DNA of 64,000 nt from contig LVLI01000329.1 of the NCBI GenBank assembly GCA_001687465.1, positions 1 to 64,000 of the forward strand, written 5' to 3'. Positions within the stretch are counted from its first letter, which is position 1. Every line of letters begins with the position of its first letter. Under the pieces are notes generated by a model that had not been told where the DNA came from, ran no database searches, and saw only the letters and a list, made by a program, of their open reading frames with translations. Positions 11,201-22,516 of the stretch are shown here, piece by piece. Origin of the DNA: Halocafeteria seosinensis (Eukaryota). The position numbers and the translations under genes are program-made.

Positions 11201-14200
11201 ACGTGTTTGGATTTAATGAGCAAGACCGTAATAACCAATTGTACACCATGTCGATTTTGTTACCATTGGAAGACTCTGGACGCTTTGCCAAGTTATTTTC
11301 TGCACTTGAGGAAGCAAATAGTGGTATCCACGATTTTGGTATTTCCAGTAAGTTGGATGGTGGTGTTTCCATTTTGAAGTTATACCCGGAAGCTCGGCGT
11401 GTTCGTTGTGCAGTAACTTCCCTAGAAGAAGTCTTTCTTAAGATAGCCGAAGTTGAGGCACGGGGGGATCACGAAAGGATGGACGAGGTCGTGCAAGAGG
11501 AGCTAAATCAGATCCAGGGAAGTGGGAAGGATACGAAGGATTCCTCGTCACCTGTCTCTTCTTTTGTGAAACCGCTGCCGCCAATTACAGAGTCTTCCTC
11601 CCAGGAAGACCGAGTTTCTCCCACGGCCTCGTTTATGGAACAACTCAAAGCGCAGTTATGGAGGCGTCTTCGATCAATGAAAAGGGACAAGCGTGGAATA
11701 TATTTACAGACGGTGTTGCCACTACTCTTTATTGGGCTAAGCTTCGTCTTCCAGAGCTTAAATAGTATAAGTACTACACACCCTCGCTCTAAGGTTTCTT
11801 ACGACGTCTCTCAACTGGAAGGGAACCCGAATGGTCTACTGTTCTTTTCGAACCTCAGTGAAGCCCATAACAACAATCTGGATTCTTGCCTTTCTCAGGG
11901 TTTCGAAGACGAATGGAATTGGGGCACTGCCGGTGAACCTCTTGATCTTGCTCCAGTAGAAGGCTCTGGCTTCGCTCGTAGCATCTTTGTCAAGGGGAAT
12001 GGTGTTGCTGGGATTCAACTTGTCAGACAAGCAAAGAAGTCGTCACTGAATGTTAATTTGTTTTACAATACCTCATTCACCAATGCCCTCCCCACGACAT
12101 TAGCCTTGTTCAGTGAGAACCTACTTAATTGGAACTGCTCTTCCTCCGACAGCGCTTCGAATATAACGTTACAAACGTACTTAGACCCGCTCCCGAAGAC
12201 CAGTCTGGATGAATCTGCTGACTGGGGTACTTTCTTGTCTAATAGTTTGATGGGATTCTACATTACATTCGGCATGTGTACAATACCAGCTCTACAAGCA
12301 GTCAACGTTGTCAGGGAGAGGACTTCAGGGGCGAAAAATCTTCAGCGAATTGCAGGCATGAAGACAAGCACGTTTTGGATTGCGACATGGGTTTTTGACA
12401 GCTTGATGTACTTGGTTCCTTGGGTCGGCGGAACAATCATCATATCTATCGTAGGATTTAACCGAAGCTCGTTTCCCAGCCATACAATTGGGACGTTATC
12501 TGTGTTACTTTTGCTCTACGGACTGAGTGTACCATGGTTGGCTTACGCCCTGTCATTCAAGAGCAAAGATGCCGTTTCCGCTCAAACCTTTACTTTGCTC
12601 TTCTTCTACGCAATGTCGATTCTGCTTTTTTTCCCGGTATTTGCTCTTAGCTCTCCTTCAGTAGGGAGTACAGCACACACAGCAGCAAGTACGTAGCGGG
12701 TCAGAGAGTATTGGAGCCATCTGGATTTCACCCAAAGACACGTTTCGTAACGAATGCAGAGTATATGAAATACATTTTCTACGTTTTCCCCAATTTTGCG
12801 CTGGCGGAAGGCTACAGCAATGTGATTATTCAAACAATGACCGCCTGCGCGGGTCTGCCGGCGGAGGTAAGTTACACTGGGTGAAGCACCGGATAGGTCA
12901 AGAATTCGTGAGTAGTTGCTGCAGAGTTGCTCCCCTCCTTCGCCTTGGGAGTTCCATTTAGGAGGCGCTGCGATAGTCTATTTGATTGCATCCACTATGT
13001 TGTGGATTGCTATCCTGCGATTCCTCGAAAGCGAAGTCTCTTGTTTCGGTGGCGCGAAACAACCACTTGAGAATTCGCAACAGTTTTCTGATCAACCTTT
13101 CCTTGCGGGGGCGACGGAACCATACAAGCGGGAAAATGAAGAATTGATGGATGAAGATGCTTTAGCAGAGAAACAGCGTGTGGAAAACGAAGCGGACGTT
13201 GGGAAGAAAAACGATAGTGGAGTGCGTAGTATCAAACTCCGAAAGACGTTTGGCACTCCGTGGGTCGATGCTGACCTCGGAACAATAGCTGTCCGAGACC
13301 TTTCCTTTGAAGCTAACCAAAGCGAAGTCTTTGCGTTACTCGGCGTAAACGGAGCAGGGAAAACGACAACCTTAAACATGCTAACTGGAACCACTCGCCC
13401 CACGTCGGGATCTGCTACTCTTGTGGGGTATGACATCCAAGATGAGAAAACGTATGCACTCTCCACTATTGGATATTGCCCACAGACAGATGGTCTTTTC
13501 CCGTTGATGACAGGTACGTCGCTTAAACGTGTATCAATTGATGGGTAATGACATAAGCCCGGACTCTTGCCATTACTGAGTTATGTTTCCAGGAGAAGAG
13601 GTGCTCTACTTCTACGCATGGCTAAGAGGTTGCACTCGAAAACAAAGAGATGCGCTAGTAAATGATGCTCTTCAAGGTATGCCCCGCTCTACTCATCGGC
13701 GTTTTTCGGAGTTTTCTCTGCAATTCAAGTGGCATCAACAACGCAGAGCTTGACCTGGTAAAGTATAGGAGTGTGTTGACTTCGAAGTACTCCGGAGGAA
13801 ACAAGAGAAAACTGTCTTTGGCGATTTCATACATAGCGGCTCCGCGTGTCATTTTTCTTGGTACGTGCCCCCTGTGAGTTGCTGTGTAAACTCCAAACGT
13901 GGCTGTACTGTGCCTACTTCAGATGAACCGAGCACTGGGATGGACCCGGTTTCGCGGCGGAGGATGTGGGAACTGGTAAGACATGGCCGGCAAGGTAGAA
14001 CGACTATAATTACCACCCACTGGATGGAAGAAGCTGACGCTCTTTGCGATCGCATAGGAATTATGGTAAACGGTCAATTTGCTTGTCTTGGAACTAGTCA
14101 GCACTTGGTAAGTTGTCGGTTGCTACGGAATATCCCCTTCTTCTGGTGATCAAAGCCTTCTTTCTTCAGAAGGGAAAATATGGGCAAGGATACCGAGTTG

Positions 14201-14457
14201 AGGTTAAGGCAGAAAGTAGCGAAGATATCGAGGAACTCCTGTCTTTATTTCAGAAGGCTTTCCCTGAAGTGACTCTTGAAGAGCAACATGAGAATTACGC
14301 CGTATTTGGAATTGGGATGAAACAGCTGAGCCTTTCCCAGGTTTTCAAGATATTGACTGAGAATTCGGAGCGCTTGCGTATATATGACTACGCCGTTACG
14401 CAAACGACCCTCGAACAAGTTTTTCTCAACATTGCCAAACTGCAGAAAAACCAATAG
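8234..14457 (+). CDS. ABCA: Full-size ABCA-family transporter (TMD-NBD-TMD-NBD), multi-exon
   Basis: [16 protein letters not shown]-terminal motif. NBD1: [34 protein letters not shown]2: [48 protein letters not shown]-terminal TTLEQVFL. Confidence 0.95.
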
Positions 14458-14612
14458 TTTGTCAACGCCTTGTGTATCGTGGGCAACTAATCCCATTTCC
14501 ATCATAGGCAAGGTGCTCGTCTTGTGGGTATATGGCTGTTTTTCCTTGAGTGCGGATTCAAACAAAACCAAATAAACCTTCCCACCTTTTATTGTACGGC
14601 TCGTAGAGTCCT

Positions 14613-17058
14613 CTACCTAGAAAGACCATAGACGGTGCCACCCCTCGATGTCCACGTCAACCAGTGCCCCGCAAAGGGAGAAAATGCTGCCATGTTGATT
14701 GAGCCTTTGTCTTTTTCTTTTTGGAAGAGTCTCCGCACCACTGATCCGTCACAAAGACGGAGTAAAAGTCCATCCCAAGCGTTACCGCCAGCACTTCCTC
14801 CGCGTCCCTGCTCTACACCTACAAACAAGAAGTGACTACCCGGAGATATCGCCAATGACGTGATCTCGAAGGGAATTGGCGTCGCAATACAAATGACAGA
14901 CACATTACCACCATAGTCGCTCAAATTTTGGATCAATATATGACGTGCGTGTGTGGGGTGTTCCTTCCGGCTTATGTCAACACTTAATCCCTCGAAAACA
15001 TCCATACTTGCGGATGGACGAAGATCATCTCCCTGGATACTGTAGGCAGCATTTCTAACAGTAGTATTTTCCGTTTCATCGCAAGTAGCGGAGGTGCACT
15101 GAGAGGTCACGTTTGCGGTTGGATCCCGTCTCTGAGCTTTCCTGGGCCTTTCGGTGGCAGGAGACGGAGTTATAGGTCCTTCTGAACGTGTAGTGTCTTG
15201 GCAGCTTACAGTTCTGTCGTGAAGATGATATCGCAACGAATTCACATGTGCATACATGAGCCCTTGCTTGTACGGTTCAAAACTCTCATCCACAAATAGA
15301 AAGCGCATATCCACTTGACTTCCAGGGAATGTTAATCTCTCCACTTCACGTGATAAACCACTGGTTCCATGCGAGCTAGGGATTGCGATAAGGCCTGTGC
15401 TCCAGTCAATGTCTAATCCACCATTTCCGTATATTGTTGCGCCCGATGCTAACGTTAAAGGTCCCTCGAAACAGTCGTCAATCAAATTCTTGACTACGAG
15501 GCAGGGGGGAATAGACAGAAAGAAACGCCCGCTTCTGCAGAACGCTTCTCGCACCCTGTCAGTGACACATCCGAATTCTCCGAGCACTTCACGTGTAAAC
15601 ATCCCACAACCTCGATACATTTCTGGACGTCTGACTATGTCAAAAGGCGTCGCCACGTTCTCCAATGGATCTTCCCCGTGTATATACCCTGGAGCAGCCA
15701 CCTGCACAAACTTCTGGCGGAAGTCGCGATTGGGGTACCTCTCCCTCTTCGAGTAGAAACGGATGAAATCAGCCTTTGCGTGGAAGTAAGCATGCTTAAG
15801 TAAATGAATGTAGTGGTTGCGAAGCAATGCCTTCGCCTTCAAATTCGAAATATTGGTGTCTTGATCGCTCAACTCTTTGTCCGCTAAGTCAGTAGCTGCG
15901 AGTGTCGCCAACTTTAAGAATTGCTGTGCATGTTCACTCCAAGTAGTGCTCTTTGGAGGCCCATTTTCCAGTTTTGGTAAAAGATGGAGCTGTGCGTAAA
16001 GGAGCAGCTTTACCGGAAAGCCCACATCAATTAATAAGGAAAGGCTCTCGTCGTACACGGGGGCAATAGAAGGTAAGTCTACTCCTTGTTTTGCAAACGC
16101 ATCCTTCAAGTGTCCGTAAGTAGAACCAGTGCTATATGTATTCATATTGGTTCGAGAATTTCCAAAATTTGAGCAAACGTTGTAGCGACAAAGATGAAGC
16201 GTTACCGCCCGTAGCTGGCCATTTTCCGAATTATCCAGTCCCAGCAGTACTTTCGTCCCAGTATTGTCAAAGCGAAAACAGCGAACTGTCCGCGAAAACT
16301 CTATACGGCGACAATCACAGCTATCTTTCCATTTTATTAACATTACGGAGTTACTACATGAAAATCCAATGACGTCTCCTGAGGGATGCCATGAGAGGCT
16401 TAGTATGCCTCTTTCAGGTTCCAGCACCACTTCTCTCAGTTTTGTTTTCCGCGATATATCGAAAACGCTGCGGATCCCACACAATACTTGGATAACCTGT
16501 GTCGTCTCTGTATCCCGCGCTACCGGCTTACATTACTCTTGGAGGAGACCCTGAACGTGCTACAGACCCGCTGCAAATAATGTTGCGATCTGTGGGGTGG
16601 AATTGGACACACCAAGGGGTGTGTAAGTGTTCGTCCATGACCTGAATGTAACCCACATGAGTCAATAAAATTTGATGATTCCTAACTGGACCGAGCATTG
16701 TTGAGTTCCGCAAGAACTTACTGCCACGACTTCTGCTGTAGATGTGTCGAAGATGCGAATCGCATGATCCCCATGGGTAGTGGCCAATCGCGTTCTGTCA
16801 GGCAATCCCAACAAATCGCGTCCTATCACAATTGAACAGACCACACTCAGAGACGGTCGCGAATGACCTTACCCGTCACGGCTGACAGCTATAGCGACGG
16901 ACGAAAAACTTTCCTCGAGTATACTTCCTACAGCACCCTGCACTTCAAATATGCAAGCTTGCTCAGTCATGCAAATTCCCAACGACGACAACTTGTGCTC
17001 ACATTCTCCACTAGACTGTCTTCAAGGCACTCAGCGCACGTTCGTGTATATTCTCCAT
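14613..17058 (-). CDS. AMBRA1: AMBRA1/DCAF-like split WD40 protein (multi-exon; start approximate)
   Basis: N-terminal DRTRLATTHGDHAIRIFD and HTPWCVQFHPTDRNIICSGS match the AMBRA1-type WD40 start. ILSLSWHPSG follows, then a long insert, then C-terminal ITSLAISPGSHFLFVG and INMAAFSP..G. Confidence 0.75.
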
Positions 17059-18640
17059 AATTCTGTGAGGAACCGATTTTTTTTTTGAAATCATACATCA
17101 TGTGTATCTCATCTTCAGCTATGCCATATGATGCCATGCCATACCTGCATGCCGATTTCTCTCTGTTGCAGACTTCCTACCAGTGTGTATGGATTCCACT
17201 TATAGTGCTCGTGTCCGTGGTCTGCATTGGGGTGCGTTCTCAGCCGCTTATGGGAGCGTATAGCGTCATAAGCGCCATCATGGCTCTCCCAAGGCTCAGC
17301 CGTGCTCCCCTCCATATAAGCCGAATACCGGTCCACATGTCCCTTCTCATTCACTGCGGACATGTTATATGAGCTTACCTAGCTAGACTGAACGATACCA
17401 GCGAATATACGGCTCTGAGCCTCTGTGTAGCCCTGGAAGTCTTGTTGATTCACAATTTGTTTGATTTGAAGTTGCGGTATACTACCAGGTAGAGTACTTG
17501 CACATGCAAAAGATAGTTTCTGATGGGACAGCTGTTATCTGTATCAGTAGTATTTTGTACAGAGAATCTGACAGGCGTAGCTGTGTTAGCCCCCAGGCCT
17601 TTCGAGTTTTATTTGAAGTAAATGAATTCCGGAAAGTAGGTTGTAATGGGTTAATGAGTGCATGAAGCACAACCGCGAAGTCCTTGCAGCAACTACATCC
17701 CATAACATCATACGCCATTTTATTCGTACTTACACAGATCCTGCTCTGGGGTTGCGGCGCAACTTTCAAGTACTTCTTATAGAAGAGGATACTTCACGCT
17801 ACAACAGCTGGGGTTGTTGAGTTTACCAAAGCCACAATGACGAACTGAAAGCTGTTCCAGACCATGCCGATACACACACAATGTAACAGATAGTCCGCCG
17901 GCTAGGAAGTTGACCCCATGCCGATCCATCAATAGCAAAAACAGCCGGAAGAGAAGGTTCACAATCAGAACCTCAGGAGGTTGGAAAAATTTGAAGATCC
18001 TCTTTCCACGGTGCAGAATGAAAGGAAGACTTTATCTCAGTACATCCAACGTATGTCACAGCAAAGGCCGCGGACGACTCTGGCTTTCGTGTACGTCCCC
18101 TTCTACCGCATCGATGTGATACAATTGCATAATCTCACTCGTTCCTACTACGTGGTTGACTCTGGCAAATGCCAGTAGATTTGTACGGCCATCTGCCTGT
18201 TTAGTTGCTCCTCGATACAGATCGACGGGACATCCTCAAATATGTAGCCATTGCCCAAGCCCGACACGTGCGCTTTCCCCAGCAACTTGGGCTACTACCA
18301 AACACACACGCACATATGTGACAGATAGTTCACCAAAGGTGCTTTCGCGAACACTTGTGAAGTTGGACCAAGCGAAGCTACTCCAGCTAAGCAGTGCCAT
18401 GTTGTTTTCGGAAGATTCGGAACACTTTACGGCGACCATGGAAGTGTAACATTATTAACACTGGTTTAGTTAGAGGACCCCCATCTCCGCAGTAAGAAAA
18501 GTAATTGCTTCAGAATCTGGAAACTACAGCCTAACATGAGCAGCGCCTCATTCAGGTTGTCCAAATATTATTATGTTACAGTTGCTATGGGAAGTTATAT
18601 TTATTCCGATGATGCAAACATAGTGTCTACGCTACTTAAT

Positions 18641-19972
18641 TCACATTTGGACATCTTCATCATCGTCCTCATCCTGTTCCTCAGCTTCGATTTGAGCCAA
18701 TGCCCAGTCGTCGGCTTGCTTAACCTTGTCTTCTGGTACTCGCTGGGCTTCCCACCCCGTTTGTTGGCTAAGATATAATAATTCCAATTCAAATTCTTTG
18801 TCTTTGCTACTGTCGTGGACTGTATGCATTATCTTGGCACAATACCCTAGGGCATCTTCGACGGTCCTTTCACCGAATTTAAACTTTTCTATTTCTGTTT
18901 TCGCTGAGCGTGCACCCTTCCCTATAGCACAACCAAAGTATCTCTGCAAGGATTCATTGAAAGCCGAAGTATCTAACGACCATTGGTGGCTACTAAAACC
19001 ACAGCTTGAAGCACGTACGTTGAGTTCTCCCGTGGTTTCTGCCATGTACAATTCATGTTCCTTTTTCTCTATATCATATCCACAAATAATGGCACCAGCG
19101 CCAAAGGGACGCAGGTACCAATAGCACGTATAGATGTGAAGTAGCTGTGCCATACGTTCGGCCAGTAGACGAGGTGGTATGGGTTCGGCATACGCCCACT
19201 TATAACGGGCACATATGTCTCTTGCTTTGTTAACAAGTTGCCGAGCATCAGCGGCAAGTCCAGCGACAGCCTGATTTCGGGAACATTAAACGTGAAATTC
19301 GGGAGGACACACAATCAAAGCACATGTTGCTGCTGCTTACAATTCCACAGTGGTCGTCCACACGATGCACTCTTCTGTTGGAGCCTTTCTTTATCATCCT
19401 ATGCGCCCGCGTCTTTTCCACGGCAAGGACGATGCCATCAGAACATCTAACACCTAACACAGTCCTGTGTACATACAAGGGACAGCCGTAAGAAGCATGT
19501 GCAGCGACCCTAACCCATCCTAGCTAGACGTACCCACTGTTTTCGATAGCTTTTTGTGCATACTCTACCTGGAACACTTTTCCCTCCGGAGAGTACGTGA
19601 TTGTAGAGAGATCATACTGCACATCACAGAGACACGAACCGGTCAAAAGTGACCATACGAGTGCATAAAGGTTAGACAATAAAGCATGATATCTTCAACT
19701 TGTCCAGCGGGTCCCCCCTTCCCTGGGGTATCTTCACGAAGGGTAGTACTAGGGCACTCCAAGCCCCCGACCCTTTTTGTAGTTCTGAAATTACCGAACC
19801 TTTCCCTTGGCCCCATCTCTCCATGACTGATCATTCTGTTATCCTTTTTGGAACGCCCATGGCTTCAAAAATACCACGGTTACGTTCTCTAAGCGCCCAA
19901 CTAGACCAAGATATGGAAATATCATCGCCGGGGAATTGAAAAGATGCTTACCCCAGCACTGGATCCACTCAT
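18641..19972 (-). CDS. PSMA3: 20S proteasome subunit alpha type-3 (alpha7), multi-exon
   Basis: Micro-exon MSGSSAG (19972-19952), intron 19951-19617, [70 protein letters not shown] and an acidic tail. Confidence 0.95.
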
Positions 19973-20735
19973 TTTAAACTGTTGTGCCTGCTACAAAGTG
20001 AAAGACAGAGATGCTACAGATGAAGTATATACAGAAAGACTAACTTCTCTCAATACAACAGAAAGATGTTTTGGCATTGCGATAAATGATTGCGTTGCTC
20101 GCTGGTGAAACCTTTGTTTGACAGGTACTACACCACTTGGTCCAATGGTCCACTTCTTTTTCGACGATGTACCGACGTTTGAAGTTGCATTGTACTTACG
20201 AAGTGCCGGATCATTTTGACATTCTCTCTCATCAAGCACAGACTCAGTCGAGACATCAGCAGCTTAACTTCCTGCAGTTTCGCTGGTGACCAACAAAGCC
20301 TCTCCACTAAAATCATGGAAATAGGTACCATGCAAGATAAGATGGGTACGTTTATTTATTCGTTTGTTGCCCGCGCAGTCAGATGCAGCTTGCAGCAAAG
20401 AGGAGTAAACTCTGGATGTCCGCTCACTACATTCAGCAAGCCCGGCCTCATCAGCCAAGAGAGCAGGATCGCGTCGCCAGGTGACCGCGATGGGGCATAA
20501 GAGGTAGACGTCGGTAATGCGTCGTACACGAATAAGTGCCGTATAGGTCGAAGACATTCTATCTCGGGTCCTTTTACCAAGGGAGTGTACCATGATAGGC
20601 GTCGTGAGCTGGGAAACTGCTTTAGTATTAACCAGAAGCGCGTGTTTCCACCTTGGTTCCCACCTCTTCAGAGTAATTGAAGTGAGTTTTAGAGGAAAGA
20701 TATCGCTTCCTAAGCCATCTAAGTGCATGCGTGTC

Positions 20736-21691
20736 TCACCAGGATATACGCTGGATTGGATTCCACAGGTAGGTCGCCAACCAATCGTCCCCTGTCCATT
20801 CATCCGAATGAGGAGGATGTGCATGAAACCGTGCTTTGCGTTTAATCTCCATGAAGTAGTTCGCAATGTTCTTGCCATCTACTTTTACAGACAAAATCTG
20901 TTCCATCGCGTCATGCTCGTTTCCCTCTAGTTTACCCTCACGATATTGATGGTAAAGGTCTAAGAAGGTGTACATGTGTATTCTTTTGTCTTTGACGAAT
21001 TAGCGATATGTTGTTCAACGTAAGACTTGCCCATATCGTCAATCCATTGTCTCATATGCAAGTATGCATGTCCCCTTTCAAGCTTTCCGACACGTTTCAA
21101 CAAATCGACATTCTCACCCTCCACCATTGACACACGCTCCTTGAAGTCAGAGTGGGAGCGCTTTAATTCAGAGTGGGAGNGCTTCAAATCGGCATTCTCA
21201 ACCTCTACCGTTGACACACGGTCCTTTAATTCAGAGTTGGAGCGCTTTAATTCAGAGTTGGAGCGCTTTAATTCAGAGTGGGAGCGCTTTAATTCAGAGT
21301 TGGAGCGCTTTAATTCAGAGTGGGAGCGCTTTAATTCAGAGTGGGAGCGCTTTAATTCAGAGTTGGAGCGCTTTAATTCAGAGTGGGAGCGCTTTAATTC
21401 AGAGTGGGAGCGCTTTAATTCAGAGTGGGAGCGCTTTAATTCAGAGTGGGAGCGCTCTAATCCAGAGTGGGAGTGCTTCAAATCGACATTCTCACCCTCT
21501 ACCGTTGATATTCGCTTTTCTATCTTCTCAAATTGTTCCTGTATTCTCTGTAGGAACCCTTTTGTTTCCGTCTTGGTCTTGCGCAAACTTTCTCCTGCAT
21601 ACACCCAGTGATGCGTTGCATTCTCGTCTGCATGCTCTTTTCCTGTCCGAATGGCCTCTTCAGGCTGTTGAAAGAGTGAATCAACGTCCAC
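20736..21691 (-). pseudogene. Coiled-coil heptad-repeat protein gene, apparently frameshifted near 20975; upstream exons likely
   Basis: ORF 20960..21691 with LKRS(H/N)SE repeats continues into ORF 20736..20975 if 8 nt are removed. A CATGCAG acceptor sits at the ORF start. It could also be an intact shorter gene or an assembly error (there is an N at 21180). Confidence 0.5.
21145..21480. repeat. 21-bp coding minisatellite (about 14 units)
   Basis: Unit gcgctttaattcagagt(g/t)gga. About 12 contiguous copies, plus 2 more separated by a 42-bp spacer that itself recurs (R(I/V)S(T/M)VExEN(V/A)D three times). Confidence 0.95.
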
Positions 21692-21756
21692 TGCATGCCA
21701 TCACATGTGTTTGGATAGAATAGTCAATTATTCCATACCATTGAGCGTATACAAGA

Positions 21757-21780
21757 CACACACACACACACACACACACA
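21757..21780. repeat. (CA)n microsatellite
   Basis: About 11-12 CA units, lying in a probable intron. Confidence 0.85.
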
Positions 21781-22516
21781 AGAACTGGACAAGCCAACAA
21801 AAACACTCACTGGATGCACTTTTTTGCCCGTGCCGATGGATGCTGTATATTTGGTCGATTAGTAGTCACCATGAACCCCACAGACCACACTGAATGTACA
21901 AATGTGTGTCTGAAACGGGTTTGATCATCAAACTTTGACGTGGTATGTACTCCAGCCGGCTCCGAACCCCCAATCCCGGCATGCCAGGGCGGCCCCAGGG
22001 CCGCCAGGCGGTCCGGTGTCGCGGGCAGCCTTGGGCAGGGTACCCACACACACAGACCGCAGGGCCTCGCGCAGGCAGCCAGGCAAATCGTATGGCGTGC
22101 CATTGGCGTCCGCATTCCAGAGGGGAGTCGTCCACGCTAATTTGCGAAGAAACGGTATCCGAACAACATGCTGAAAGCGCTATAAACGAAACTACTTTCA
22201 AGCAGTTTCAAGAATAGTCAAAACACAGTTCCCGACAACGCTCCGACTTCCTCGAGTCTACAGACACGAATATCAATATCAGACACACGAGTTTCGGGGA
22301 GAGCGTACATATGCCTTACATGGTGGAAGTGCTTCAGAAAGTAAAGAAATGGATGTCAGTGATATACAGCCCATTCTAGTCAAGCTAGTAATATTTGCAT
22401 AGCACGATCGAAAACACAATGAATATTCCAATGGAAGAAACCCGATAAACAGCTGCGCTGAGGCAGACTGCTAAATTATTTAGTGGCTCCTACAGTACAC
22501 CATACTGTGTCCACAT

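Noticed and set aside
19507..19516. Telomere-like ACCCTAACCC
   Set aside because: Fewer than two repeat units, located inside a PSMA3 intron; consistent with chance.
19617..19951. Possible snoRNA or RNase P RNA in PSMA3 intron 1
   Set aside because: A C-box-like GATGAT and terminal complementarity are present, but I found no matching D box or P4 partner. An Infernal scan would be needed.
21535..21557. METTL16-type UACAGAGAA in a 6-bp hairpin on the MAT strand, about 970 nt past the MAT stop
   Set aside because: It lies inside another ORF, far beyond the short UTRs typical here. The same 9-mer also occurs at about 17558, and a 9-mer is expected by chance in 64 kb. Only a long MAT 3' UTR shown by cDNA would revive it.
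21027..21723. Plus-strand ORFs with SEWERFN and SALIQSG repeats
   Set aside because: These are stop-free alternative frames of the 21-bp minisatellite. The minus frame gives proper heptads and extends beyond the array.
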